Shown: piece after piece, positions 37,865 through 47,299 of the stretch | Position numbering within the stretch: position 1 is the first letter of the stretch | Layout: each line of letters opens with the position of its first letter | Assembly: GCA_011046415.1 (NCBI GenBank) | Contig: DSAP01000029.1 | Location: 1-54,971 of the forward strand | DNA length: 54,971 bases | Source: a bacterium | GTDB taxonomy: Bacteria > Zhuqueibacterota > QNDG01 > JABMRT01 | Direction of reading: 5' to 3' | Notes under the pieces: generated by a model | Database searches by the model: none | What the model was told of the DNA's origin: nothing | Seen by the model: the letters and a program-made list of their open reading frames with translations, nothing else | Translations under genes and position numbers: made by a program

Positions 37865-38502
37865 TCATCATCAATCCCAGCCCCGCCCGGTTTTTCTTCC
37901 CGTGGATTTTGTGGAAGGGAGACGCCCGGTCGCGGAATGTGCATCTCACGTTCGACGACGGCCCCGATCCGGAATACACGCCGCGGGTGCTGGACATCCT
38001 GGGTGCCGGAGAGGTAAAGGCGACTTTCTTTGTGACCGGGGAGAAGGCCCTCCGCCATCCGGGACTCGTCGCCCGCATCGCGCGGGAAGGGCATGTTGTC
38101 GGCAATCATGGATTCTCCCACACCTCCCTCGCGTTCGGGAAACGGGAAACCGTGCTCTCCGAGATCGAAAGGACGGATGAGGCCGTCCGCCGGATCACGG
38201 GACGGAGCCCCGTGCCTTTCCGCCCGCCCTACGGCCGGTTCGATCCCCGGTTCAGGAAGTGGATGGATCACACCGGCCACCGCCTGGTGTTATGGAGCCT
38301 GGTCACCTGCGATTTCAGCGAAACCAGCGCCGCGGCATTGGTCGACCGCGTGAGTCGCCGCATCCATGCGGGCGCGGTCTTGCTGCTGCACGACGGCCAT
38401 CCGAACACGCCGGTCATGCTGGAGGCGCTCCCGGAACTGCTCGGGCTTTTCCGGAACATGAAACTCTCTCCCGCGCCGATTGAAGTTGGCAAGAAGCAGT
38501 AG
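37861..38502 (+). CDS. Polysaccharide deacetylase (NodB homology, CE4)
   Basis: VHLTFDDGPDPEYTPRVLDIL..KATFFVTGE, GNHGFSH and RPPYG motifs. An ATGA overlap links it to the upstream gene. Confidence 0.85.
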   Translation: MIIINPSPARFFFPWILWKGDARSRNVHLTFDDGPDPEYTPRVLDILGAGEVKATFFVTGEKALRHPGLVARIAREGHVVGNHGFSHTSLAFGKRETVLSEIERTDEAVRRITGRSPVPFRPPYGRFDPRFRKWMDHTGHRLVLWSLVTCDFSETSAAALVDRVSRRIHAGAVLLLHDGHPNTPVMLEALPELLGLFRNMKLSPAPIEVGKKQ

Positions 38503-38571
38503 GCAGTTGGCAGTGGGACATAGACTCAAAACACGAAACGCAAAACCCGGAACACGAGACATGGAAACGCC
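38482..38571 (+). repeat. Composite repeat block: G/T-rich units (GAAGTTG ... AAGCAGT AGGCAGT TGGCAGT) followed by A/C-rich CnCnnAA heptamers
   Basis: 38494-38514 holds three nGGCAGT-type units that contain the CE4 stop codon. 38525-38566 holds CTCAAAA CACGAAA CGCAAAA CCCGGAA CACGAGA CATGGAA and runs up to the next start codon. Confidence 0.7.
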
Positions 38572-39144
38572 ATGAAACTCATCGAAATCCCGAAAGAATT
38601 CCATTCCGACGCCACCGGGGAACCGTTCGACCGTTGCGTGAGCTGCGGCAGGGACCTGCGTGACCCCTCCGTCCATTATTTCATCGAAAAGGCGGTGCGG
38701 AATTACAGCCGCCACCGGACCACCGACACTATTTTCGAGTACGCCATCTGCTTCGACTGCTACATGGAGGTACACAAGTCCCTGTCGGAAGAATCCAGGG
38801 AACGGATCGACGCATATTTTCTCCGGAACGTCAACATGCTCGCGCGCATCCGCCTGCTCGGAGAGACCGCCACGCCGGACATGGACCGATGGCTCTCCCG
38901 GTGTCTGATCAAAGGCGTGGACCGGTGCGAGACATCCGAATACCAGATTATGTGCGAATGCCTCGGTGACCGGATGCTGCTCACCTTCGCGCCCTATCTG
39001 GTCAGCGCCGAGGCCATGGACGAGATCGCCGGACTCCTGTCGAATCGAACGCTGGACGCCCTGAACGGATTCTACGACGATTTCATCGGCATGCCCCCCG
39101 AACTCCTCCCCCTGCTCAAGGATCAGCCCCATCTGATTCTTTGA
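38572..39144 (+). CDS. Hypothetical Cys-rich protein
   Basis: 190 aa ORF with good codon usage. CVSCG...CFDCY plus further Cys pairs suggest a zinc-ribbon-like N-terminus. No family was recognised. Confidence 0.6.
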   Translation: MKLIEIPKEFHSDATGEPFDRCVSCGRDLRDPSVHYFIEKAVRNYSRHRTTDTIFEYAICFDCYMEVHKSLSEESRERIDAYFLRNVNMLARIRLLGETATPDMDRWLSRCLIKGVDRCETSEYQIMCECLGDRMLLTFAPYLVSAEAMDEIAGLLSNRTLDALNGFYDDFIGMPPELLPLLKDQPHLIL

Positions 39145-39220
39145 TCCCCCCTGCCCGGTTTCACTGGATCTGATTATGGCGCTCAGGCGTCAGCCTTTTA
39201 TTTATTCATTCCATCCAGTC

Positions 39221-39297
39221 TTCTTTCGTGTTTTCCGTGTCTTTCGTGGGATATTCTTTTTAGCTTTTTTCCCGTGGTTTTCGTGGTTTTTTTCAGC
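39221..39297 (+). repeat. T-rich YCGTG repeat block (about 9-nt spacing)
   Basis: TTTCGTG, TTTTCCGTG, TCTTTCGTG ... CCCGTGG, TTTTCGTGG. This is the reverse complement of the CACGAAA units upstream of the gene. Confidence 0.65.
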
Positions 39298-39386
39298 CTT
39301 CCCTTTCCCCGGCCGCCTCGTTTTTTCCCTGCATTTCACCCAAAAAATGTTTATCTTATTCCGTCGATCGGAAAAGGACGCCCCAG

Positions 39387-40652
39387 ATGCAAAAAAAACA
39401 GACAGCCCCCCCCGAACTCATGGCCCCGGCCGGCTCGTTCGCCGCGCTTCGGGCGGCCGTCCGGGCCGGAGCCGATTCGGTCTATTTCGGTGTCGGAGAC
39501 CTCAACATGCGGGCGCGTGCGGCGGAACCCTTCACCCGTGAAGATCTGCCCGAGATCCTCCGCGTATGCAAAAAGACCGGCACAAAAACCTATCTGGCGC
39601 TCAACACGATCGTGTACGACGAAGACCTGGAGCGCATGCGCGCCCTCTGTCTGGACGCGAAAGAACAGGGACTCTCGGCCGTGATCGCCAGCGATCCGGC
39701 GGCCATGCTCTACGCTCGTGAACTGGGTATGGAAGTGCATCTCTCGACCCAGGCCAACATCTCGAATAGTGAGGCGGTGCGGTTTTACAGCCGCTGGGCG
39801 GATGTCGTCGTGCTGGCGCGCGAACTCACCCTGAAACAGATCGAGGAGATCTCGGCGCAGATCCGGCGGCAGGGAATCAGGGGGCCTTCCGGGAATCCCG
39901 TGCGGATCGAACTCTTCGTGCACGGGGCGCTCTGCCTCGCCGTCGCGGGAAAATGCGCGATGAGCCTGGCACAGACCGGCCATTCCGCGAACCGGGGTGA
40001 CTGTTTTCAGATCTGCCGCAGGAAGTTCCGCGTCGTGGACGAGGAGACCGGCGACGAGATGGTCGTGGATAATCCGTATATCCTGTCGCCCAGGGACCTG
40101 TGCACGATCGGGATCCTGGACAAGCTGACGGAGTCAGGCGCCTCCCTCTTCAAGATCGAGGGACGGGGACGCGCGCCCGATTACGTCGCGACGGTCACGG
40201 AGGTCTACCGCGAGGCGCTGGACGCCGTGTGGAAGAAAACCTACACGGCGAAACGAATCGGGGATTGGACGCGGCGGCTCGAGAGCGTATTCAACCGCGG
40301 CTTCCGGCAGGGCGGTTATTATCTCGGAAAACCGATGGAGATGTGGAGCGGCGCATACGGATCGGTGGCGACCCATCAGAAATTCCTCTGCGGGCCCGTC
40401 GTCAACTATTTTCCCCGGATCCGGGTCGCCGAGCTGGATGTCCGGCATGAAGGATTGACGACCGGGGATCGCGCCGTGGTCATCGGTCCCACGACCGGTG
40501 CGCTGGGATTCACGATCGACAGCATTTTCATGAACGACCAACCGGTCGATCACGCCGACAAGGGGACCCGTGTCACCCTGCGCGTGCCCGACAGGGTGCG
40601 CCGGAACGACAAACTCTATCTCATCCGTGCGCGCAGGGACTGGCAGTCCTGA
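39387..40652 (+). CDS. Peptidase U32 family protein
   Basis: PELMAPAGSFAALRAAVRAGADSVYFG plus the E-x-F-x-H-G-A-L-C type motif (ELFVHGALCLAVAGKC). Confidence 0.88.
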   Translation: MQKKQTAPPELMAPAGSFAALRAAVRAGADSVYFGVGDLNMRARAAEPFTREDLPEILRVCKKTGTKTYLALNTIVYDEDLERMRALCLDAKEQGLSAVIASDPAAMLYARELGMEVHLSTQANISNSEAVRFYSRWADVVVLARELTLKQIEEISAQIRRQGIRGPSGNPVRIELFVHGALCLAVAGKCAMSLAQTGHSANRGDCFQICRRKFRVVDEETGDEMVVDNPYILSPRDLCTIGILDKLTESGASLFKIEGRGRAPDYVATVTEVYREALDAVWKKTYTAKRIGDWTRRLESVFNRGFRQGGYYLGKPMEMWSGAYGSVATHQKFLCGPVVNYFPRIRVAELDVRHEGLTTGDRAVVIGPTTGALGFTIDSIFMNDQPVDHADKGTRVTLRVPDRVRRNDKLYLIRARRDWQS

Positions 40653-40706
40653 TTTTCCGATCAACCCCGTCCGGGTTGTTGAAATTTCCGGAGGTTTTAC
40701 CGTATC

Positions 40707-41948
40707 ATGAACATCTATGCCGTCATCATTCTTTCGGCCCTGGCCGCTGAGTTCATCCTGAATCTGGCCGCGGACATCCTGAACCTCAAACACCTTTCCA
40801 CCGATCTCCCCCGGGAATTTCAGGACGTGTTCGACGCGGAAAGGTACGGAAAAACCCAGGCCTATACCCGGGTCAACACGCATTTCGGCTGGATTACCTC
40901 GGCCTTCGGCCTCGCGGTCACGCTCGCCTTCTGGTTTTCCGGGGGATTCAACGCCCTCGACAGCTGGATCCGGGGATGGGGGCTCCATCCGGTCTGGAAC
41001 GGGCTTTTCTTCATCGGCATCCTCATCCTGGGCAGGTCGCTCCTCTCACTCCCCTTCGGCGTCTATGACACCTTCGTCATCGAGGAACGGTTCGGTTTCA
41101 ACAGGACCACCCCGAAAACATTCGTCCTGGATCTCGTCAAGGCGCTCTTCCTCTCCGTCCTGATCGGCGGTCCGTTGCTCGCCGGAGTGCTGGCCTTCTT
41201 CGAGTATGCCGGACGTTGGGCGTGGCTCTGGTGCTGGATCGTGACGGCCCTCTTCAGCCTCTTTCTCCGGTATGTCGCGCCGACCTGGATCATGCCGCTG
41301 TTCAACAAGTTCACGCCGCTTGAGGAAGGAGAGCTGAAGAAACGGATCCTGGATTACGCGGCGAAAGTCCGTTACAAACTGTCCGGAATCGTCGTGATGG
41401 ACGGATCGAAACGGTCGGGCAAATCCAACGCCTTCTTCACCGGATTCGGGAAAAACAAACGCATCGCCCTGTTCGACACCCTGATCGAAAAACAGTCTCC
41501 ACAGGAACTCGTCGCCGTGCTCGCCCACGAGATCGGACATGACCGAAAAAAACACATCCTCATCGGCACGGCCGTGGGCATCGTCCACACGGGCGTGCTC
41601 TTTTTCCTGCTGTCCCTCTTTTTGACCCGGCAGGGACTCTTCGATGCGTTCTTCATGGATCACCGGTCCGTGTATGCGGGGATGCTCTTTTTCGGGATGC
41701 TGTACGCGCCCGTGGAACTGCTGCTTTCGATCGGCATGCATGCGGTCTCCCGGCGACACGAATTCGCGGCCGACCGGTTCTCGGCCCTGACCACCTGCGA
41801 TCCGGAATCCCTCGTCTCGGCGCTCAAGAAACTTTCGGCACACAACCTGTCGAACCTGACGCCGCATCCGTTTTATGTATTCCTGAACCATTCGCATCCG
41901 CCCGTGCTCGAACGCATCCGTGCATTGAACCGTCCGGAGCCGGGATGA
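40707..41948 (+). CDS. M48 family zinc metalloprotease (Ste24/CAAX prenyl protease 1-like)
   Basis: 413 aa, multi-TM, with an HEIGH zinc motif (VLAHEIGHDRKKH) and downstream E/H ligand regions. Confidence 0.88.
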   Translation: MNIYAVIILSALAAEFILNLAADILNLKHLSTDLPREFQDVFDAERYGKTQAYTRVNTHFGWITSAFGLAVTLAFWFSGGFNALDSWIRGWGLHPVWNGLFFIGILILGRSLLSLPFGVYDTFVIEERFGFNRTTPKTFVLDLVKALFLSVLIGGPLLAGVLAFFEYAGRWAWLWCWIVTALFSLFLRYVAPTWIMPLFNKFTPLEEGELKKRILDYAAKVRYKLSGIVVMDGSKRSGKSNAFFTGFGKNKRIALFDTLIEKQSPQELVAVLAHEIGHDRKKHILIGTAVGIVHTGVLFFLLSLFLTRQGLFDAFFMDHRSVYAGMLFFGMLYAPVELLLSIGMHAVSRRHEFAADRFSALTTCDPESLVSALKKLSAHNLSNLTPHPFYVFLNHSHPPVLERIRALNRPEPG

Positions 41949-43186
41949 TCGTGGAGAAGAAAACCGTGCGTTTTGCGGCCCGACCCTACAGACTCGAGAA
42001 TGCGATCCGGCATTACGCCTGGGGCACGCGGAACCGGGACGCTTTCATCCCGCGCCTGATCGGGAAGCAAGCCGAACCGGACACCCCCTATGCGGAATTG
42101 TGGATCGGTGCGCATCCCGCGGCCCCCTCGCATCTGGTGACGGAAGAAGGCCGGATCCCCCTCGACCGGGCAATCGCCTCCGATCCGGAAAGCATCCTGG
42201 GGGAATCCGTCGTCCGCAGGTTCGGGCCGACGCTCCCCTTCCTTCTCAAGGTGCTTTCCGCGGGAGAGCCCCTGTCGATCCAGGCGCATCCGGACAAACG
42301 ACGGGCCCGGATCCTGCATGCCCGCGATCCGGCGCATTATCCGGACGGCAATTACAAGCCTGAAATCGCGGTCGCGCTCGACGGCCTGACCGCGCTGGCC
42401 GGTTTCAAACCGCCCCGCGAGATGGCCGAAGCGCTGAACGCCTGCCCCGAGATCGCGGAATTCGCCGGAATGGAATCCGCCGCCGTTAACCGGGATGCCC
42501 GGGGGAGGAAGGCGTTCTTCACACACCTGATGCGCCGGTCGCAGTCCGAACCGGACAGGCTGATCGACGCGGTGGAACGCCTGAAGACGCGGATCCTCCA
42601 AAAAACCCGGCGGTCGGAGACCGAGGCCCTGTTCCTCACTTTACGGGACCGGTACCCGGACGCCGACGCGGGGCTCTTTTCGCTCTTCCTCCTGAACCTG
42701 ATTCACCTCGGACCGGGGGAAGGCCTGTTCCTGGGACCCGGCATCCCCCATGCCTACATCCGGGGCAACATCGTGGAATGCATGGCCAATTCGGACAATG
42801 TCGTGCGGGCGGGGCTCACACCGAAATTCCGGGACGCCGAAACACTCGTGGAAATCCTGGACTACGACACGACGCGGCCCGTCCTTTTCCGGCCCGATTC
42901 GTCGGAGCGGGAGATACTGTACGCGCCACCGGTCTCCGAATTCAGCCTGTCGCGCCGCCGTCTCGAAGCCGGAGAGGCGTCCTGTATCGGGGCCGTGGCA
43001 TCCATCCGGATGATTTTGGTCACGGAAGGCGCGCTGGAGCTGTCCTGGGACGCGGAAGGCATACCCGGATCGGAGACCTTCGGCCGCGGGTCATCCGTCC
43101 TGATTCCCGCCTCGCTCGGTAAATTTTGGATCACGGCGCCGGCCGGGACCCTGTTTTTCGCGGTCCGGGTCCCGGAATCCCGATAA
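41945..43186 (+). CDS. manA: Mannose-6-phosphate isomerase, type I
   Basis: YAELWIGAHP, LPFLLKVLSAGEPLSIQAHPDK and HAYIRGNIVECMANSDNVVRAGLTPK motifs. Confidence 0.88.
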   Translation: MIVEKKTVRFAARPYRLENAIRHYAWGTRNRDAFIPRLIGKQAEPDTPYAELWIGAHPAAPSHLVTEEGRIPLDRAIASDPESILGESVVRRFGPTLPFLLKVLSAGEPLSIQAHPDKRRARILHARDPAHYPDGNYKPEIAVALDGLTALAGFKPPREMAEALNACPEIAEFAGMESAAVNRDARGRKAFFTHLMRRSQSEPDRLIDAVERLKTRILQKTRRSETEALFLTLRDRYPDADAGLFSLFLLNLIHLGPGEGLFLGPGIPHAYIRGNIVECMANSDNVVRAGLTPKFRDAETLVEILDYDTTRPVLFRPDSSEREILYAPPVSEFSLSRRRLEAGEASCIGAVASIRMILVTEGALELSWDAEGIPGSETFGRGSSVLIPASLGKFWITAPAGTLFFAVRVPESR

Positions 43187-43197
43187 CCCCGGAAAGG

Positions 43198-43953
43198 ATG
43201 CCGATGGCGAAAGAACATTTCCTCGAACAGCAGAAACACGCGCGTGATTACCTCGTCCCCTATTTCGAGGCGGCCGCACCGGACTTCACCTCCCGGCGTG
43301 TTTTGGAGGTGGGATGCGCCGAAGGGGGGTGCGTCGATGTGCTCCGGACGGCCGGCTGTACCGTCACCGGACTGGAACTCAAAGCCGAACGCGCGGCCCT
43401 CGCCATTCGGACCAATCCCGCGCTGGATATCCGGACCGGGGACATCGCCGAACCGTGTGTGCTCCGTGAGATGGACGGCCGCTTCGGCCTGATCATCATG
43501 CGCGATGTGATCGAACATATACCGGACCGCGAGGCCGCATTCCGGAGCCTGTCACGCCTGCTTTCCGCGAAAGGGTTGCTCTACATTACCTTTCCGCCGC
43601 GCTTCTCCCCGTTCGCGGGCCATCAACAGCACGGGCGCACCCTGCTCGGCAGGACCCCCTACCTGCATCTGATTCCGGCGGGAGGACTGCGGACGCTGGG
43701 AAAATGGTTCGGGGAAGATCCGGCGGTGATATCGGCGGTGATCGAAAATTACCGGATCGGATTAAGCATCGGCGCATTCGAGCGTCTGATGAAGCGGTTC
43801 GGATTCGTCCCGGTGCGGAAGGAGTTGTTCCTGATCCGTCCCGCGTTCCAAACCCGTTACGGTTTCAGACCGCGGCGCATGGGGGACATCCCGGTCTTGC
43901 GGGAAATTCTGTCCATGGGCTGTGAATGCCTGCTTCGAAAATCCTGTGACTGA
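43198..43953 (+). CDS. Class I SAM-dependent methyltransferase
   Basis: Motif I VLEVGCAEGG and post-I/II segments (LIIMRDVIEHIPD). The alternative start is ATG 43204. Confidence 0.75.
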   Translation: MPMAKEHFLEQQKHARDYLVPYFEAAAPDFTSRRVLEVGCAEGGCVDVLRTAGCTVTGLELKAERAALAIRTNPALDIRTGDIAEPCVLREMDGRFGLIIMRDVIEHIPDREAAFRSLSRLLSAKGLLYITFPPRFSPFAGHQQHGRTLLGRTPYLHLIPAGGLRTLGKWFGEDPAVISAVIENYRIGLSIGAFERLMKRFGFVPVRKELFLIRPAFQTRYGFRPRRMGDIPVLREILSMGCECLLRKSCD

Positions 43954-43970
43954 CCGGCATATGCCTTGAT

Positions 43971-44846
43971 GTGAACGACACAAGAAAGGAGTCTCTGTTG
44001 AATACGCAATCTCTCGCCATCATCGGCGCGGGCAACATCGGCACCGCGATCGCCGTCGGACTGGTCGAATCGGGACGGTTTTCAAAGGACCGGCTTTTTC
44101 TCACCCGGCGGAAGGCCGACCTGACCGAACCGCAGGATGAGGAAGGATTCCTGATCGGACACGACAATCTGCATGCCGTACGAAATGCAGATCTGGTCCT
44201 GATCGCGGTCGAACCGCAGCAGATCGACGGCGTGCTTCACGAAATCAAATCGGAACTCGTCCAGGGAAGACACCTCCTGATGTCGGTGGTCTCGAATGTG
44301 CGCATCCGGCAGATCAAGTCCATCATCGGGGCGCAGCACACCGTGGTGCGTGTGATGCCCAACACCGCCGCCGCCATCCGGGACTCGATGACCTGCCTGG
44401 CCGCCGGGGATGAGGACTGCAAAGGTCTGGAGACCGCCGAATCCATTTTCGGCACACTCGGATCGACGCTCGTCATCGACGAAGAGCAGATGACCGCAGC
44501 CACGGCGCTGTGCGCCTGCGGCATCGCCTTCTTCCTGCGCGCCATCCGCGCCGCCTCCCAGGGCGGCATCGAAATCGGATTCCATGCCGAAGACGCCCTC
44601 CTGATCGCGGCTCAGACCGCCCGCGGCGCAGCGAGCCTGGTACTGAACATGGAGAACCATCCGGAATACGAGATCGACCGTGTCACAACGCCCCGCGGAT
44701 GCACCATCTCCGGGCTCAACCGGATGGAACACGCCGGATTCAGCTCGGCCCTGATCAAGGGTATCACCACATCGGCCGAAAAAGCCGCAGGACTCTATCA
44801 ATCCAAAAACCGGTCCGATGAAGAGAAAGACCGGACCGGGTCGTGA
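43971..44846 (+). CDS. proC: Pyrroline-5-carboxylate reductase
   Basis: LAIIGAGNIGTAIAVGL Rossmann motif and the C-terminal TTPRGCTISGL motif (P5CR signature). Confidence 0.88.
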   Translation: MNDTRKESLLNTQSLAIIGAGNIGTAIAVGLVESGRFSKDRLFLTRRKADLTEPQDEEGFLIGHDNLHAVRNADLVLIAVEPQQIDGVLHEIKSELVQGRHLLMSVVSNVRIRQIKSIIGAQHTVVRVMPNTAAAIRDSMTCLAAGDEDCKGLETAESIFGTLGSTLVIDEEQMTAATALCACGIAFFLRAIRAASQGGIEIGFHAEDALLIAAQTARGAASLVLNMENHPEYEIDRVTTPRGCTISGLNRMEHAGFSSALIKGITTSAEKAAGLYQSKNRSDEEKDRTGS

Positions 44847-44933
44847 TTTTCCATGATGTAGAAAAACGGGAACATGTTGATGGTGAATCTGTTCAAACCA
44901 TGAATCGAGTATATTAAAACAGGGAGGTTCCTG

Positions 44934-45464
44934 ATGAACGCGTTGGACATGGGATGGATCGCCGGTTTACTCTTGCTGGCGACAGGCCTGGCCTGGGCCG
45001 GTTCCGGTAAGCCGGAAATCGGGAAACCCGCCCCCGATTTCGAACTGGCGGATCAGGACAGCGTCACGCACACACTCTCGGACTATCGGGATCAATGGGT
45101 GCTGCTCTATTTCTACCCGAAAGACGACACCCCGGGTTGTACGGCGCAGGCCTGCGGCCTCCGGGACGGCTTCGAGGATTTCGGAAAAATCGGGGCTACG
45201 GTAATCGGCATCTCGGCAGATGACGTGGAAAGCCACAAGGCCTTCGCGGAGAAATACAACCTGCCTTTCACCCTGCTGGCCGATACGGAGGCCCGGGTGA
45301 TCGGCCTGTACGGTGTGAAGATGCCGGGACTCAAGATGGCCCGGCGGACGTCCTTTTTGATCGCGCCCGACGGGACGGTGACGAAAATCTACGAGAACGT
45401 GGAGCCCGCCTCACACCCGGATCAGGTATTGAAAGACCTGGAAGCATTGAAAAACCGGCCTTGA
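44934..45464 (+). CDS. bcp: Peroxiredoxin Bcp-type (thiol peroxidase) with signal peptide
   Basis: WVLLYFYPKDDTPGCTAQAC active-site motif, KYNLPFTLLAD, and an N-terminal hydrophobic leader. Confidence 0.9.
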   Translation: MNALDMGWIAGLLLLATGLAWAGSGKPEIGKPAPDFELADQDSVTHTLSDYRDQWVLLYFYPKDDTPGCTAQACGLRDGFEDFGKIGATVIGISADDVESHKAFAEKYNLPFTLLADTEARVIGLYGVKMPGLKMARRTSFLIAPDGTVTKIYENVEPASHPDQVLKDLEALKNRP

Positions 45465-45506
45465 TCGGCCGTGGGTTATCATGCGGGACGGGTACGACGA
45501 AGTCCT

Positions 45507-46322
45507 TTATTTCGCCTTCAATATGCGCCATTCCCGCCAGGCGAAGGTGAGCGGATCGTTCCGCCATCCGATGACTCGGGGAGGCGGACCGGGATCCCTG
45601 AACAGCAGCGTTTTCAGACTGGCGGCCGGTTCGGAAGCATCGAACATTCCCTCCGCCGCCACGCCGTAACTGCCGATCATCCGTTCTTCTCCGGGGAAAG
45701 GGAGGGGGTCCGATCCCGCGATCACGCGAAATCCTTTCTTCAGGGCCGCCCGCATCAGCGCCGGCCGCGGCCACAGGACATGGCGGAGCGGCGTGTCTCC
45801 GACCAGGAACCCGGGAGGACCGTCCGTCTCGTCGATCAGATTTTGGACGATCCGGCCGCGCGATGAAAACCACTTCCCCGGCGCCCAGTTCAGAACGGGG
45901 ATGCCTCCGGCCTCCCGGACCGCGATGATCAGGTCCGAGGTACAGAGAACGCGGTCACGGAAACGGGCGTCGGTACACAGGGCGAGGATTTCGAGTCCCT
46001 CGCTGCTCACGGCCTGCCTGCCTGGGAGGATATACAGATCCGGCGTGCCGTCCTGTTTCACCCGGACGGCGCCCCCCTTCCCCGTTGCATGGATCAGCAC
46101 ATCTTCTCCCAGACGATCCGGGTCGGTCAGCAGCGCCCCGCGGATGTCGCAATCTGCCCGTTCGGTCAGAAGCCAGAAGAGCACGGCCTGTTCCGGTTCG
46201 GCATGATGACATTTCCGGAAGGCGTTCAACAGATTCTGCGTGCCGAGCCGGTACGCGCGCGCCAGGTCGTATTGGGGATACAAATGCACATGGGCATCGA
46301 TGAGAAAGGTCTTACGGGACAT
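45507..46322 (-). CDS. Predicted metal-dependent hydrolase (amidohydrolase/PHP-like), family not recognised
   Basis: 271 aa. The N-terminal FLIDAHVHLYP motif is typical of metal-dependent hydrolase folds. The rest is unassigned. Confidence 0.55.
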   Translation of the reverse strand: MSRKTFLIDAHVHLYPQYDLARAYRLGTQNLLNAFRKCHHAEPEQAVLFWLLTERADCDIRGALLTDPDRLGEDVLIHATGKGGAVRVKQDGTPDLYILPGRQAVSSEGLEILALCTDARFRDRVLCTSDLIIAVREAGGIPVLNWAPGKWFSSRGRIVQNLIDETDGPPGFLVGDTPLRHVLWPRPALMRAALKKGFRVIAGSDPLPFPGEERMIGSYGVAAEGMFDASEPAASLKTLLFRDPGPPPRVIGWRNDPLTFAWREWRILKAK

Positions 46323-46331
46323 CGGCCGCCT

Positions 46332-47189
46332 CTATGAATCGTCCTTGGGTTTTTCGGGGTATACGCCGTTGATCGCCTTGCGTACGATATCTTTGGTCTC
46401 GTCCGAAAACTCGCCGTTGACGATCCAGAACAGGTAATTTGGATCGTTCTCCCTCAGCCATTTGAGGCTGCGGCTCTTGTGTTTCCCGAAGGCGAGGACC
46501 GCCTCGTTGTTCCGCCAGTATAAACGCCGGTCTCCCGTGACGAACCGGTCGTCCTTTTCATTGCAATAGTCGTGCAGTCCCTCCATGTCCCGCGGCAGGT
46601 CCCCGTATCGCGCGACCTGCGCCTTGAAGACGTCCAGCGTCGCTCGGATGTCTGCCAGCGCGTCGTGTGCGCCTTCGAGGGTCCTGGAACAATAGAACCG
46701 GCAGGCCGCGGCGAGGTCGCGCGGCTCCCGCTTGTGAAAAATGACCTGGGGGTCGACCAGTTTCACCTTTTCGAGTTTGAGGGGATGATCGTGCCGTGTC
46801 ATCTCGGCCTGGAGCATCGGCACATCGAAACGGATCGCATTGAACCCGCCGAGATCACATCCGGACAGGTACCCGGCGATCCGGGGCGCGAAATGGCCGA
46901 ACCCGGGGATGTCTTTCACCTTCCGGTCGGTGATGCCGTGAATATGCGAGGCTTCCCCGGGAATCGGGATCCCGGGATTGACCAGCGACTCCCATTCCTC
47001 CTCCCGGCCGTCGGGATGGATCTTGATGAAGGCGAACTGGACGATCCGGTCATGCTGCAGATCCAGCCCGGTGGTTTCGAGATCGAAAAACACGAGAGGT
47101 TTCATGAGTGAAAGCAGCGTGAAGGACGAATCGCCTTCGGGTCCGGGAGATACAAATTCGAGAGACGCTTGTTGTGAATCGGTCATCAC
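46332..47189 (-). CDS. DEDDh 3'-5' exonuclease (DnaQ/epsilon-like) with ExoX-like C-terminal domain
   Basis: ExoI FFDLETTG, ExoII GFNAIRFDVPML and ExoIII HDALADI. The C-terminus is FGKHKSRSLKWLRENDPNYLFWI. Confidence 0.85.
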   Translation of the reverse strand: MMTDSQQASLEFVSPGPEGDSSFTLLSLMKPLVFFDLETTGLDLQHDRIVQFAFIKIHPDGREEEWESLVNPGIPIPGEASHIHGITDRKVKDIPGFGHFAPRIAGYLSGCDLGGFNAIRFDVPMLQAEMTRHDHPLKLEKVKLVDPQVIFHKREPRDLAAACRFYCSRTLEGAHDALADIRATLDVFKAQVARYGDLPRDMEGLHDYCNEKDDRFVTGDRRLYWRNNEAVLAFGKHKSRSLKWLRENDPNYLFWIVNGEFSDETKDIVRKAINGVYPEKPKDDS

Positions 47190-47299
47190 CAGTCCGGTAT
47201 TTTATTTGTTTTGCAGGCTTTTTATGATAAGAAAGATCCGCCTAAGATTCAAGGAGAATATTTTGTATATTGGGACGTGGGAAGGAGGAATTGCCGCAC

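Noticed and set aside
39176-39684. ORFs 39176-39541 and 39274-39684 in the T-rich spacer.
   Set aside because: Their translations are Phe/Arg/Pro low-complexity products of the TTTCGTG repeats, and they run into the well-supported U32 gene in another frame.
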